DNA from: Eledone cirrhosa | Taxonomy: Eukaryota | NCBI GenBank assembly: GCA_964016885.1 | Contig: OZ024744.1 | Coordinates: 72,726,001 to 72,790,000 of the forward strand | Direction of reading: 5' to 3' | Length of the DNA: 64,000 bases | Part shown: positions 37,636 through 51,319 of the stretch, in pieces | Layout of the letters: every line of letters begins with the position of its first letter | How positions within the stretch are numbered: the first letter of the stretch is position 1 | Translations under genes and position numbers: made by a program | The notes under the pieces: generated by a model | What the model was told of the DNA's origin: nothing | What the model saw: only the letters and a program-made list of their open reading frames with translations | Database searches by the model: none

Positions 37636-38537
37636 AACATATATATATATATACACACTGTCAATGTGGTTGGCGTTGGGAAGGGTGTCTAGCCGTAGAA
37701 AACCAGTCAGAAATTCTCCTAAATGAGTTAGACACAGTCACTCAACCCACTTGCCTCTAAATGGGACAAATTCGTCTAACCCATGCTAGCGTGGAAGATA
37801 CACGTTAAACGATGATGAAGAATGATATATATATATATATAAAAGGTGTCACCCCCCAAAAAATATATACACACTTCAACAGCATTCTAATAAATATTGC
37901 TTGTTGTACAGGTAATGATATATAATTACAGTCTGTTTGATTTTTACGCGAATTCGCTTTAACATGGCTTGAAAAAATATTAAATATTCAGATTGTATGA
38001 ATAACATGCTGTAGCGCATATAGTTTTTAATTTTGTTTATTTATCAGAAATTTGATATAACATTAGAATTAACAATGGAAATCATCAGAAATAATATTAT
38101 AGTATATACTAGAGTTGCATTTTTATTCAACTATTACTCTTTCTTTCTAACTCCACTGACAGTCTCTACCTGGGTGCTGTATTGAATTATTATTATTGCT
38201 GTTGTTCTTATTGCAAAGACTTGATTTATGCAAATTTGCTTTAAGCGCCGCATTCGTGAACACATCAAGATTTATGATGTGAAAGTGTGTGCGTTGAAAC
38301 CAATATTGTTATATTTGGAGATATCTGTGCTGCCATTATTGCCAGATAAGGAGAAGAAGAAGAGGAGGCACAAAAGAGAACAGTTAGTCATTGAGGGGGT
38401 CACTGAATATGTGATGAAAGAGCTTTGATGAAGTAACCAATAACTAGTAGTAAAGATAAAGTGAAAATCATATATTGCACATATTTTTTATTGGCAATAC
38501 TGGTGACATGACCATCTCCAAATATAACAATATATAT

Positions 38538-38582
<45 letters not shown>

Positions 38583-38857
38583 GCGGCCTCCACCGCTGCG
38601 GCACGTGACGATGGTGAGGACGAAGAACACCGTTACAGTCGACGACAAAGAGATGCCGCCTCAACTGCTGCATCACGTGCTGCCGAGGATGAAGGGCATA
38701 TATATACGTCATACGTATATATATATAAACGTCATACGTATATATATATATATGTATGTGTGAGTGGGTATATATATATAACAAAGGAATTATGGTAAGG
38801 AACCAGATGGACCATAACGTATCAGAGTACTCAATACTTAGGGTAGTAGAGTGGGAA

Positions 38858-38983
38858 ATAGGAAAAAGTATGACCCCGACGGCAGAGATCAAGCCGTTTC
38901 GACAGCTATTTCTGGACTCTCGCGTCCAGAAATAGCCGTCGAAACGGCTTGAGCTCTGCCGTCGGGGTCATAGTTTTTCCTAT
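38858..38983. repeat. 60-bp-arm palindrome containing the 3' half of a hammerhead
   Basis: Arms 38858-38917 and 38924-38983. GAA-ACGGC-ttgagctct-GCCGT-C/GGGG gives stem III and GUC; the CUGANGA part is lost at the fold. Confidence 0.8.
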
Positions 38984-39249
38984 ATATACATATATATATA
39001 TACATGCAAGCGTGGAACATGGACGTTAAACGATGATGATGATGATGATGATGATATATATACAAGTGGAAGCTTAGTAAAGTCGAAGCTCTGGCTGTGG
39101 CCAAGCTAAGTCGACCTACAATAAGGAATGAGTAGCAAAGCACTCAATAAGGGAGGTCCTTAGAGTAATAACGTTTACATAGCTTGACAAATTGAAAATT
39201 GCGGTAGGCAAAAGCCAACCATACACTACCAAAACAACGAAATAGGTGT

Positions 39250-40012
<763 letters not shown>

Positions 40013-42830
40013 ACGGCTTCAATGGAGGCCATGGGGTTGGCACAAGAAATGAAGGATTCAGACTTCTAGAATTCTGCGACGCCAATGACATGTCGATATG
40101 TAACACAAACTTCAAAAAACCCGACAACCACCTGATCACCTATAGATCAGGGGAGCATTCTAGTCAGATAGATTTTATCCTCATCAGAGGACGTGACAGA
40201 AGGACGGTCATAAACACAAAAGCCTTCCCTAGTGAGGAATGTACATCCCAACATAGCTTAGTTGTCAGCGACCTCATAGTCAGAACTAGACGAACCTGGA
40301 AACAGAGGCCAACCTGGAGAAGAAAGATCTGGAAGCTGAAAGACCCCTCAGCCAGTAACAGATTTAAAGATATTTTACTCAACGCCTACGATAGTAAAGA
40401 AGAACAGATAGAGACATTCAATGTAGAAGAGCACTGGGAGTTCCTAAAATATAACTTACTAGAGGCGACAGATGAGGTCTGTGGCTGGAGTAAGACCACA
40501 AGCAGGAGGAGAGTGACTTGGTGGTGGAACAATAAGGTAGATGAAGCAGTTAAGGCCAAGAGACAGGAATGGAAGAATGGGGGGAGCAGGGTACATTACA
40601 TAGAGACCAAGAGGGAAGCTAGGCGACAAGTATACTTAGCTAGGAGGCAAGCAGAGGATAGAAAATTCAAGCATGTTTTGCAACGTGAGGACCAGAAACA
40701 GGAGGTGTTCAAGATTGCGAGGCAGTGTGTCAGAGAAAATTGTGATATCATTGGAGAGAAGTGTATCCGGAATGATTAAGGTGAGCTTGACCTTACAAGT
40801 GCTGAGAAGAAAGATGCATGGAAGAGTCATTATGATAGATTACTAAATGAGGAGAATGCATGGGAAGAAGAGACCCTACCTCAAGTAGACCCTATAGAGG
40901 GGCCAGCAGTACAAGTCAGCAGCAGCGTAGTAAGTAAGGCAATCAAAGATATGAAGATGGGGAAGGCAACCGGTCCATCGGGTATAGCTGCCGAGATGCT
41001 GAAGGCATCCGAGTCTGTAGGTCACACTATAACCACACGTATTGTTAACCAGGTAATACTAGAAGGTGTCATATCAAAAGATTGGTGCAGTAGCATCATT
41101 GTCAACTGCTACAAAGGTAAAGGTGATGCACTCGATGGAGGAAACTATAGAGGTATAAAGCTGATGGACCAGGTCATGAAAGTAACAGAAAGAGTTATAA
41201 CACAGTTGATTAGGGACCGGGTGAAACTAGATGAGATGCAATTTGGGTTTGTACCTGGAAGAGGCACCACTGATGCCCTCTTCCTTGTCAGGCAGTTACA
41301 GGAAAAGTACCTAGCTAAAAGTAAGCCACTCTACCTGGCATTCGTCGATTTTGAGAAAGCCTTTGACAGAGTTCCACATGCTGTAATCTGGTGGGCTCTT
41401 AAAAAACTACGATTAGATGAATGGCTTGTGAAAGCGGTACAAGCCATGTATAGGGGAGCAGTCAGCAAAGTTAGGATTAGCAATGAGTATAGCGAGGAAT
41501 TTAGTGTACAGGTCGGGGTCCACCAGGGCTCTGTTCTTAGCCCCCTCCTGTTCATCATAGTCCTGCAGGCAATAACGGAGGAGTTTAAGACTGGATGCCC
41601 ATGGGAACTCCTGTATGCTGATGACCTCGCACTTATAGCTGAATCTATGGTAGAACTAGAGAAGAAATTCCAAACTTGGAAGCAGGGACTAGAAAGAAAG
41701 GGTCTCAAAGTCCACAGGACAAAGACTAAGTGCCTTGTAAGTAGACGAGAAGACAGAACCCAGATCCCCTCAGGGAAATGGCCTTGCTCAGTATGTAGGA
41801 AAGGTGTAGGTAGGAACTCCATTCTCTGCCCCAAATGCAAACAATGGGTACACAAGAGATGTAGCGGGATCTCAGGAAGCTTAATTAAGAATGTAGGCTT
41901 CACATTCAGCAGCTGTGCTGGGACAGCAAGCAGCAAACAGCCACAGGAAACAAGTACCACCAATCTCTGGGAGGGCTCTGTAGAAACAGTAGACAGCTTC
42001 TGCTACCTAGGTGACCGAATTAGCAGCGGAGGTGGGTGTTCAGAAAGTACAATAACTAGGGTAAGAACGGGATGGAAGAAGTTTAGGGAACTACTACCAC
42101 TGCTAGCTGCAAAAGGCTTCTCCCTCAAAATGAAAGGCAGACTGTATGATGCGTGTATCCGAACAACGCTGAAGGTGGAAGACTTACGTAGATTAGAGAG
42201 AAACGAAGCCTGCATGCTCCGATGGATGTGTAATAGTAATATACGCGAACGACAAAGCATAAATGAATTGAGAGAGAGACTGAGCATAAGCGGAATCAAA
42301 TGCTGTGTGCAGGAGAGGCGGTTGCGTTGGTATGGACATGTGATGCGTATGAAGGATGACAGCTGCATAAAAAGGTGCAGAGCACTAGAAGTCGGTGGAA
42401 ACCGCGGAGTGGGGAGACCCAAGATGACCTGGGATGATCTTACCCAATTCCACCTCTCAAAGGCGATGACACACGACCGTGACCTCTGACGTCACACAGT
42501 AATACAGAGTACCCGACCTCCCATGAGTACAAGCTGAAGCATATAGACAATATGCCCCCACACACCCCACTGCGAGGTGGTCGTGGAGGTGCCACGGCAA
42601 AAAAGCACCCAGCCCACACTGTAAAGTGGACGTGTAGGCGCCCGAAAAAGCACCCAGCACTCACTGTAAATGAGGTTGGTGTTAGGAAGGGCATCCTGCT
42701 GTAGAAATCAAGCTAAATCAGTTCCTGTATGAGCAAGGCATGGTCTGCCGACCAGACACCGCACACAGCAGGACAACCCGTCTAACCCATGCTAGCATGG
42801 AAGAATGGACGTAAAACGGTGATGATGATT
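40013..42830 (+). mobile_element. RTE LINE, 5'-truncated (partial APE, RT, 3'UTR), stop at 40777
   Basis: SQIDFIL, NYRGIKL, QFGFVPGRGTTDA, FVDFEKAFDRV, GVHQGSVLSPLLF, LYADDL, CSVC..CPKC..WVHKRC, RLRWYGHVMR. Confidence 0.95.
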
Positions 42831-42837
42831 TATATAT

Positions 42838-43425
42838 ATGACAGCTGTATAAAAAAGTGCGGGGCGATCAATATCGATGGTAGTTACGGAGTAGGTAGAC
42901 CCAGAAAAACCTGGGACGATCTGATAAATTCCGACCTTACACACTTGCACCTCTCTAAGACAATGTCACTGGACCAAGATCTTTGGCGCTACGCAGTAGT
43001 ACGCAAGACCCGCCTTGCCTATGTACAAAGCAAAACCTACAGTCAGTAGGCACCTCTTAACCAAATATACACCCCAATCCACTACCCCTACCCTATCCTC
43101 CCACTCCCACCAACACCACCCCCTCTCTGTAAAGTTGGTACCACAACATCCAGTCCAAATAAATGAGATCAAGATCGTGTAGGTGTCACGACAAAAAACA
43201 CACAGTCGATGCTGTAATGTGGCCGTGTAGGTAACACGGTAAAAAGTTCCCAGTTCCACACTGTAAATGTGGTTGGTGTTAGGAAGGGCATCCAGCCGTA
43301 GAAAATCTGCCAGATAGTCCTATATGAGCGAGACACGGTCACCCAACCAAACCTTGCCTCAAGTGGGACAATTCCCGTCTAACCCATGCTAGCGTGGAAA
43401 GTGGACGTTAAACGAAGATGATGAT
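42838..43425 (+). mobile_element. Second RTE 3' fragment in tandem
   Basis: DSCIKKC..GVGRPRKTWDD..; (GAT)n tail. Confidence 0.88.
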
Positions 43426-43525
43426 ATATATATGATAGCTGCCCCCTCGTTATCGAGTATGGCCATATATATACTTATATATATATGTATGTATGCATGT
43501 ATCTCTGTATATATATATATATCTG

Positions 43526-44103
43526 TATCCCAGTACAACCTGTCTCATTTGTCGGGTCGTTGGCGACTAAACTGGCAACCCCACCAAAGTTTCTTGGTGA
43601 GGAGGGTGACTTTGGACATCCTGCAGGACCTAAAACAAAACCTGTCAAAGCGCAAAGGAGCTCTTAAAAGTAAATGGCCACCCCAAATCACCGGGAGAGA
43701 TGACCCCTTAGCTTTTGTCAAGGCAGAATTCTAGGAGAAGGAAAACTGTGATATAACACCTGCAACCCTGATGGTATCCAATGATGTTGACTTGTTCTTC
43801 TTTTTGGTAAATATCATCTTGGTTAAGAGAGTGGGACTGGCTTTGTGCAGTGCCTTTGCTCACTATAAAAGCTTCACGGCACAGGCATTGCTTTATATCT
43901 GGAGATCTCTCTGCATTTGTCATCACATGGCACCATGGGCCCAGCACTATGTGTCAATAATTGTCACAGGTGTAGTGTTTGTACCAGAATTTTCAAGTCG
44001 CTGGCTGGACTAAAAAGTCACACTCGTTCATCGCATCAGTAGGGCTTCTCCTACATGGATATAAAGTAGTGGCCTTACTCGAAAACGAGTTGGCAGCCAC
44101 CAT
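43526..44103. mobile_element. ~580-bp dispersed repeat (RTE 5'-region-like), copy 1
   Basis: Highly similar to 58740-59310; flanked by TA/TATG tracts. Confidence 0.75.
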
Positions 44104-44142
44104 ATATGTATGTATATATGTGTATATATATGTGTGTATATA

Positions 44143-44600
44143 TCATCATCACCGTTTTACGTCCGTTCTTCCATGCTAGCATGGGTTAGACGGGTTGTCC
44201 TGTTGTGGGCAGTGTCTGGTCGGCTGACCATGCCTTGCTCATACAGGAACTGATTTGGCTTCATTTCTACAGCTGGATGCCCTTCCTAACACCAACCTCA
44301 TTTACAGTGAGTGCTGGGTGATTTTTTTCCATGGCGCCTACACGTCCACTTTACAGTGTGGGCTGGGTGCTTTTTTTTTTCCGTGGCACCTCCACGATCA
44401 CCTTGCGGTGGGGGGTGTGGGGACATATTGTCTATATGCTTCAGCTTGTACCCATGGGAGGTCGGGTCCTCTGTATTACTGCATGAGGCCAGAAGTCACG
44501 GTCGTGTGTCATTGTCTTTGAGAGGTGTAATTGGGTAAGGTCGGCTTTTATCACCTCATCCCAGGTCATCTTGGGTCTCCCCACTCCGCGGTTTCCATCA
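44143..44600 (-). mobile_element. RTE 3' fragment
   Basis: Reverse complement of the 42395-42830-type 3' end. Confidence 0.88.
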
Positions 44601-44670
44601 TATATGTGTTTATATATATGTGTGTATATATATATAAGTATGTATATATATATAAGTGTATATATATATT

Positions 44671-44984
44671 ATGGAGGCACATGGCTTAGTGGTTAGAGCA
44701 TTGGCCTTGCAATCGAAAGGTTGTGAGTTCAATTCTCAGACCGGGTGATGTGTTGTTTCCTTGTCACATTGCTCCAGTTTACTCAGCTGTAGAAATGAGA
44801 TGATAGGGACTGGGGTCCCTATCAGTCCACTGTAAAGTGGTCATGGAGGTGCCACGACAAAAAAGCACCCAGCACTCACTGTAAATGAGGTTGGTGTTAG
44901 GAAGGGCATCCGGCTGTAGAAATTAAGCCAGCATCAGTTCCCGTCCCACTCTTGCAAGCAGGGAAAAAGCGGACGTAAAATGAT
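44671..44984 (+). mobile_element. Family B SINE
   Basis: Matches 50348-50693. Confidence 0.88.
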
Positions 44985-44993
44985 GAATATATT

Positions 44994-45029
<36 letters not shown>

Positions 45030-45083
45030 TGTATATATATATATGTGTATATATATATATGTGTGTATATATGTGTATATATA

Positions 45084-45124
<41 letters not shown>

Positions 45125-45209
45125 ATATATATATATGTATATATATATGTGTATATATATATGTATATATATATATATATATATTCATATATATATATAC
45201 ATATGTGTA

Positions 45210-45255
<46 letters not shown>

Positions 45256-45484
45256 ATACATTGCGTTATAAACTCGAAATAGCTCAAAGAAGGGAATATT
45301 TCCGAGACGTGTAATACAAATGAATATATGAGGGATGAACACTGATACAAATACACATGTTCCAATTGCAAATGACCAAGTTAGCTAGATTGATAAATAC
45401 TAATTTAAAATAATATGGTTTGCCTGTCTCGATTTAAAGTAATAAATCAATAAAAATAACAAACCTATATTTGGCAATGGCCGT

Positions 45485-45565
45485 GATACCCGGACAAATT
45501 CTAAATTTGTTTCACAACAATTATTAAGTGAAAGTAATTATTCCTGTGCTCTTCTGCGGAGTATC
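45485..45565 (-). ncRNA. Hammerhead ribozyme with variant core CAGAAGA (U4A)
   Basis: GATAC-t-CCG-CAGAAGA-(stem II AC..AATAATT/AATTGTT..GT)-GAA-ACAAAT-ttaga-ATTTGT-C/CGG-GTATC; GUC triplet. Confidence 0.72.
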
Positions 45566-45915
45566 CAGAAAATCATCATCATCACTGTTTTACGTCCGTT
45601 CTTCCACGCTAGCATGGGTTAGACAGGTTGTCCTCTTGTGCGTAGCCGGTCGGCCGACCATGCCTTGCTCATACGGGAACTGATTCTGGTTTGATTTCTA
45701 CATTTCTGGATGCCCTTCCTAACACCAACCTCATTTACAGTGAGTGCTGGGTGCTTTTTTTCTGTGGCGCCTACACGTTATATATATATATTTATATATA
45801 TATTTATTTACGTATAGCACGGAGCATTTGTGCATTAATGCTCAATGTACAAGAACAGAGCCGTTATATGTAAAAGAAACCAAAGAACGCCTACATACTC
45901 AAACAGTTTTTATTT

Positions 45916-45960
45916 GCTTACAATGTTTCATCCATACCGTTTGGTAGGAATCCTCAGAGC
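45916..45960 (-). ncRNA. Minimal hammerhead ribozyme (canonical core)
   Basis: GCT-CTGAGGA-t-TCC-TACC-aaac-GGTA-t-GGA-t-GAAAC-ATT-GTA/AGC, then AATAAA. Confidence 0.78.
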
Positions 45961-46889
45961 TTAATAAACACAGTGCTGAGTATAAGCTCCACCAAGCTTA
46001 GTCACACGAACAATCGGAATACAATAGAGGGTAAAGATAGGGAGATCGGAGATGGCGAACAAGGAGGCGGTAGATGTTGGGGTTGTTAAGCACCACAGCT
46101 AAACGCTAGGGTACAAGCAGATTTCACAAGAAGATACAATTGATAGCACACAAAAGCAAATGGTTAAAACATAATAAAAAAAATAATAATAAAATAATAA
46201 AAAAAATATAAAAGGAAGATAATATAAAGAGATAAAAAGTAAATAAAACGGTAAACAATTTTTTTTATTTTTAAAAAGGAAGAAATGAAAACAGAAAGAA
46301 GAAAAATGCTTTAAGCACATAAAGAAGCCAGCGAAATTTAAGCGCTGGTCCCTAATAAAACGGGTGAATTGGATCTCCGTAACTTATAGTTATATAAGCA
46401 CTAAGAGGTTCTTATCCAAGCATATAGACAGGTATCACATAAATTCAAGCCATACACAAGCAAGTTAGGGTTATTACAGGATAGAGCTGAGTATAACAAG
46501 TATATGGACAGGAACCACATATAAAGCAAGCTATACACAAGCAAATCGGGGTTAATGTAAGATATAGCTGAAGCAAAAGCCCCACAATCTTATTTTAGTT
46601 ACTGTAAAACCAACTGGCTAAGAGATACTACATATGTATATTAGCCGTATAGGCTAGACCAATCGGTTACAATGTCCCGAATGTCTAGAGGTTAAATAGA
46701 AATAGGATTGTCAGTAGATAACAAATCAGTCTAAATAATACAACATAGGTAGATCGTTCAAAAGTACAAAATAGTTGGATATAAATTATCACTCAAACAT
46801 CATCACATCCAGTAACAGGAATTACATACTGGATTTATACATAAAAAAAAAAACCCTTATGTATAAGATCCCAGGCCGTATATCATAAT

Positions 46890-47066
46890 TGTTTCTACTT
46901 TAGGCACAAGGCCAGCAATTACCCAGTACATTACTGGTACTTTATTTTATCGACCCCGTAAGGATGAAAGGCAAAGTTAACTTCGGCGGGATTTGAATTC
47001 AGACTGTAAAGGGACGTAACTATGCTAGAAAGCATGGCGGCCAACCCTCTACCGATACTGCCAATT
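46890..47066 (-). mobile_element. Family A SINE with an 18-bp target-site duplication
   Basis: CAGGCCGTATATCATAAT at 46872-46889 and 47067-47084. Confidence 0.92.
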
Positions 47067-48449
47067 CAGGCCGTATATCATAATGTGTTTCAGTTCCAGA
47101 TTCAACCCAACCAAAGTCTCCATACCCAAACCAGTCGCGATCTCGTCAAAAACAATGCCTGGTAACAGCAGCAGCGATCAGAACACGTGGGTAACAATCT
47201 ATACAAAAAAGAAAAGAAAATAACACAAAGTGCCCAAATCATTAAATCCACCAGGTACCCTAGCATCTCTGCTAGGTGGGGTCAAGCCCAAAGATATATA
47301 CAGAGATTATAAAGATTATAAAAGACAGCCTACATACCACATAAATTTATAAATCTGGCTCAAGATAACATGTTACCTCGTTTATTGCCGCTAAATGTAT
47401 AAAAATGCACATCAGTTGATGACGTTTTTAGTCGTCAAATAATGACGTGACGTAAAGGGGGGGGGGGCTACTCTAATTTGTCATCTATAAGGTTATTTAA
47501 TTCTGACTGCAAAGAAAATAAAAATAAATAGAAAAAATAATATTAAATCACCAACGGGCCTCATACTAATTCAACAGATTCATGCTAAAAAAACTATATT
47601 GTTATTAAGTATTAATGGACCTGCAGCATTGTCAAGTGTATCACACTAAAGACCATTAAAACTCGGTTACTATATGAAAAGTCGAAAAGGCCGACGGTAA
47701 CATAACCAAAACCAAGATGGGGGAATGTTCAAACAGGAGTAAAGGCCTAAAATCCCAAGGTAAAGGGAGCTCACAAATTTCTTATGTGCAAGCACAGTGT
47801 TCTCAATCCCGGTATGACCTGTATGTATTAACAAGAGTGGGGAGTGGGCAGTGTAAGCAAGTCCCGCATTAGGGAGGGTCCAGCTATTTAACTAAATACA
47901 CCGGAATGGGTCTGTGGGACTATGTCTATTGGGGCGAATATATATACGTTTATGATTTGTTTTTGCAAGATTTTTTTATGTGAAATTTAGTGTTGAAATA
48001 TATTTGGGGATGGTCACGTTGCCAATTTTGCCGTTGCATTGGTAACTTACAGAGCTGTAATTTACCCTTCAATAATATTTTATTCCTTTCAGCTCCTTGC
48101 TCTCCTGCGAACCCTATCATCATTGCTGTCTTCTTTTCATTAAGTAGCACATGAATATGTATATCATTTTCATCAAACCAATTTCAATGTTTTCAAATCT
48201 TCCCATGTAATTATCACACTGAATCTTGTCTAACTTTCTCATGAACTCATCCTTTATTGAAACATTTTTAATCTGAAAAAATATTTAATTTCTTTGGAAA
48301 AACAACACCAATTACTTCAGCTTCACCACAAATTTTACTTTTGTGATGGTCAGTCCAGTGCTCCACTCACCACAAAAGATGGACATCTGCCTTCATACAA
48401 CAACTAAATCTATCATATGCCACTGCATTGAACCTGGATTCATCCAGGT

Positions 48450-49250
48450 TATCTTGTGCACAGAACTTGTATATAATCTTTATTGTTGTATGCATGTGAA
48501 ATTTGGGCCACCTATTGCTGAAATATAAGAACTTGAGAGCATTTTCACCAAAAGTGTCTTCACTGAATACTCAAATTCCATTTGTAATCACATATAAATG
48601 ATATTGAAATGCTGGAATGAAGTCATGTTTGAAGTATTGAATCTCTGTTACTTTAACATAGATTGCGCTGGAGTGGCCATGTTATAAGAATGCCAGAACA
48701 ACGTATTCCTTAGCTGTTTCTGTATGGAGAGTTAGTCAAAGGTAAACGGCCAAGACATAAACCAAAAGTCAGGTATAAAGTCTGCATCAAAAGAGCTCTG
48801 ATTATGTAAAAAATGAAGGAAGAAAACTGGGAATATATTTCCTTAGACTGATCATCTTGGAGGAAAGCAGTATTTAATGGAAAATAGGAATTTAAAAAAT
48901 TTTGTGTGGAGCATGGAAGATTAAAGAGGGGTCTGTGTAAGGGTCTTCACCTGGATTTTTGGAAGCTCAAAATGAATTTATATGCAATGAGTATGGCTGG
49001 TCTTAGACTTCATTAGAAAAGCCATGTACATAATGTTATTACTGGTTGTGGTCTCTTTGGCAGTTCTTCCTGCGAAGAGTGTGAAAAACAATGTACCTCA
49101 ATCAGTGGACTCCAGCATCATCTGAAAGTTCACCAAAACATATCAGGCAACCTAGGTGGAAGTAACTTTCATTGCTGTAACATATGCAAAAAGAAATGTA
49201 AGTCCTTGGCAGGAGCAAAACGTCATGTTCATGCCACCCATGTGTAAGAA
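48450..49250 (+). mobile_element. Old RTE (BovB-like) C-terminal fragment with degenerate Zn fingers
   Basis: LLYACEIW, FHQKCL, RLRWSGHVIRMPEQRIP..LYGEL..GKRPRHKPK.RYK, CEECEKQC.S.SGL.HHLKVH. Confidence 0.8.
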
Positions 49251-50148
49251 AAAGATCAGGTAATGGCAATTCTCAAAATTGTTATGCAGCTATCATCACG
49301 TATATATGTATTTATGTATGCGTGTATATAGATGCATCTATATATACATGTATATGTATGTATAAATATATGTGCATATATATATAAATATACACATATA
49401 CATATATGTATATATATACATACATATATACAATCATACACACACACACACACACTCATACACATACATACATTATTGTCACAATGTAAAGTGTGTAAGT
49501 TGCTACTTATTTGTTGGTAAATGTGTCAAAAGACTTAATGAAAGCAGGGCAGTGACTAAATTAGCAGGAGAACTAAATTAGCTGAGAGTTCAAACAAAAC
49601 AACATAGCTTTTTGCAGAAGACAATAGTTAATTATATTTGGGTTAGGGAATGCCTCTTCAGTGCTGTCACATATGGAATGTTCAAAGACAAAAAAAAAGC
49701 AAAAAAGAAAAATAAAGAAAAGAAATTCTTCAGAGTGCTGTAATGAGACCTATTTAAATGCCATAGATAAGTAGTTTTTATAAGATGCTACCAAAAGTAT
49801 TTATTTGGTTGTACAACAGACATTTAATTTCTGTTTGTTTGTTTATTTGTTGGTTTGTTTATATGTTTGGTGGGGGATGACAGTGGGAGTTGTAGTGATG
49901 GTGGTGTTGGTGGTGGTAGGGTTTACACTTCCTTCTTTTTTTTTTTTGTAATATATTTTCTCATATATTGCTGTTGGTGGTGTTATTGTTAGTAGTAGCA
50001 GCAGACCAAAAATAATTTAATGATGTTGTCATGGGGGAATACTTCCTATTATTGTGTCTTTTATGCGTGCACATCTGTATATTTACACACACACACACAC
50101 ACACACACATACACATACACACACACACACATATATATAAGAATGAAA

Positions 50149-50345
50149 ATTTAATATAGAATTGGCTTCTACAGGACTAGAACTGTTTCATTTGTATAAT
50201 TCCTGATGATTTCATATGAATGAAATAGTTCTAATCCTGTAGAAGCCAATTCTATATTAAATCTTTGTTGTTGTCACTCTAGTTATGTATTGAGTACCTT
50301 ATTTACTGTGGTTACTCCTGATTTCAGTTGGGATCTACATCTATA
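50149..50345 (+). mobile_element. ~200-bp HHR fold-back micro-element, copy 1
   Basis: Arms 50149-50192 and 50219-50262; HHR TTC-CTGATGA-tTTCAtaTGAAt-GAAA-TAG..CTG-TA/GAA at 50200-50244. Confidence 0.78.
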
Positions 50346-50347
50346 TA

Positions 50348-50693
50348 TGGAGGCACATGGCTTAGTGGTTAGAGCATTGGCCTTGCAATCGAAAGGTTGT
50401 GAGTTCAATTCTCAGACCGGGTGATGTGTTGTTTCCTTGAGCAAGACACTTTATTTCACATTGCTCCAGTTTACTCAGCTGTAGAAATGAGATGATAGGG
50501 ACTGAGGTCCATATCATTCCACTGCAAAGTGGTCGTGGAGGTGCCACGGCAAAAAAGCACCCAGCACTCACTGTAAATGAGGTTGGTGTTAGGAAGGGCA
50601 TCCAGCTGTAGAAATCAAGCCAGAATCAGTTCCCGTCCCACCCTTGCAAGCAGGGAAAAGCGGACGTAAAATGAAATGATGAAATGATGATGA
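50348..50693 (+). mobile_element. Family B SINE
   Basis: Full head, central domain and RTE-like tail. Confidence 0.9.
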
Positions 50694-50711
50694 TATGTGT
50701 GTGTGTGTGTG

Positions 50712-50895
50712 TGGCTTCTACAGGACTAGAACTGTTTCATTCAAAGGAAATCATGGCTTTCCTGATGACTTCCTTTGAATGAAACAGTTCTAATCCTATA
50801 GAAGCCATTTCTATATTAAATTTTATATACACTCTACTAATGTATTGAGTACCTTACTGACTGTGGTTATTCCCAATTGAACTCGGGACTCACAT
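50712..50895 (+). mobile_element. ~185-bp HHR fold-back micro-element, copy 2
   Basis: HHR at 50753-50808: ATGGC-t-TTC-CTGATGA-cTTCctttGAAt-GAAA-CAG-ttctaatc-CT(A)-TA/GAAGCCAT; antisense arm at 50712-50754. Confidence 0.78.
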
Positions 50896-50994
50896 ATATC
50901 TCTATATATAAAAATATGCACACACACCCACATATATATATATATATAAATTTGGATTTATTTTTATATGTACATATATCACTCTAGTGGTGTT

Positions 50995-51250
50995 CATCAT
51001 CATTTCATCATCATTTCATTTTACGTCCGCTTTTTCCCTGCTTGCAAGGGTGGGACTGATTCTGGGGCTTGATTTCTACAGCTATCCAGCCCTTCCTAAC
51101 ACCAACCTCATTTCTACAGCTGAGTAAACTGGAGCAATGTGAAATAAAGTGTCTTGCTCAAGGAAACAACACATCACCCGGTCTGAGAATTGAACTCACA
51201 ACCTTTCGATTGCAAGGCCAATGCTCTAACCACTAAGCCATGTGCCTCCA
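50995..51250 (-). mobile_element. Family B SINE (internally deleted)
   Basis: Reverse complement of 50348-50693. Confidence 0.88.
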
Positions 51251-51252
51251 TT

Positions 51253-51319
<67 letters not shown>

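Noticed and set aside
44671-44745. tRNA genes at SINE heads
   Set aside because: A and B boxes are present but continue into multi-copy SINE bodies without a proper acceptor stem.
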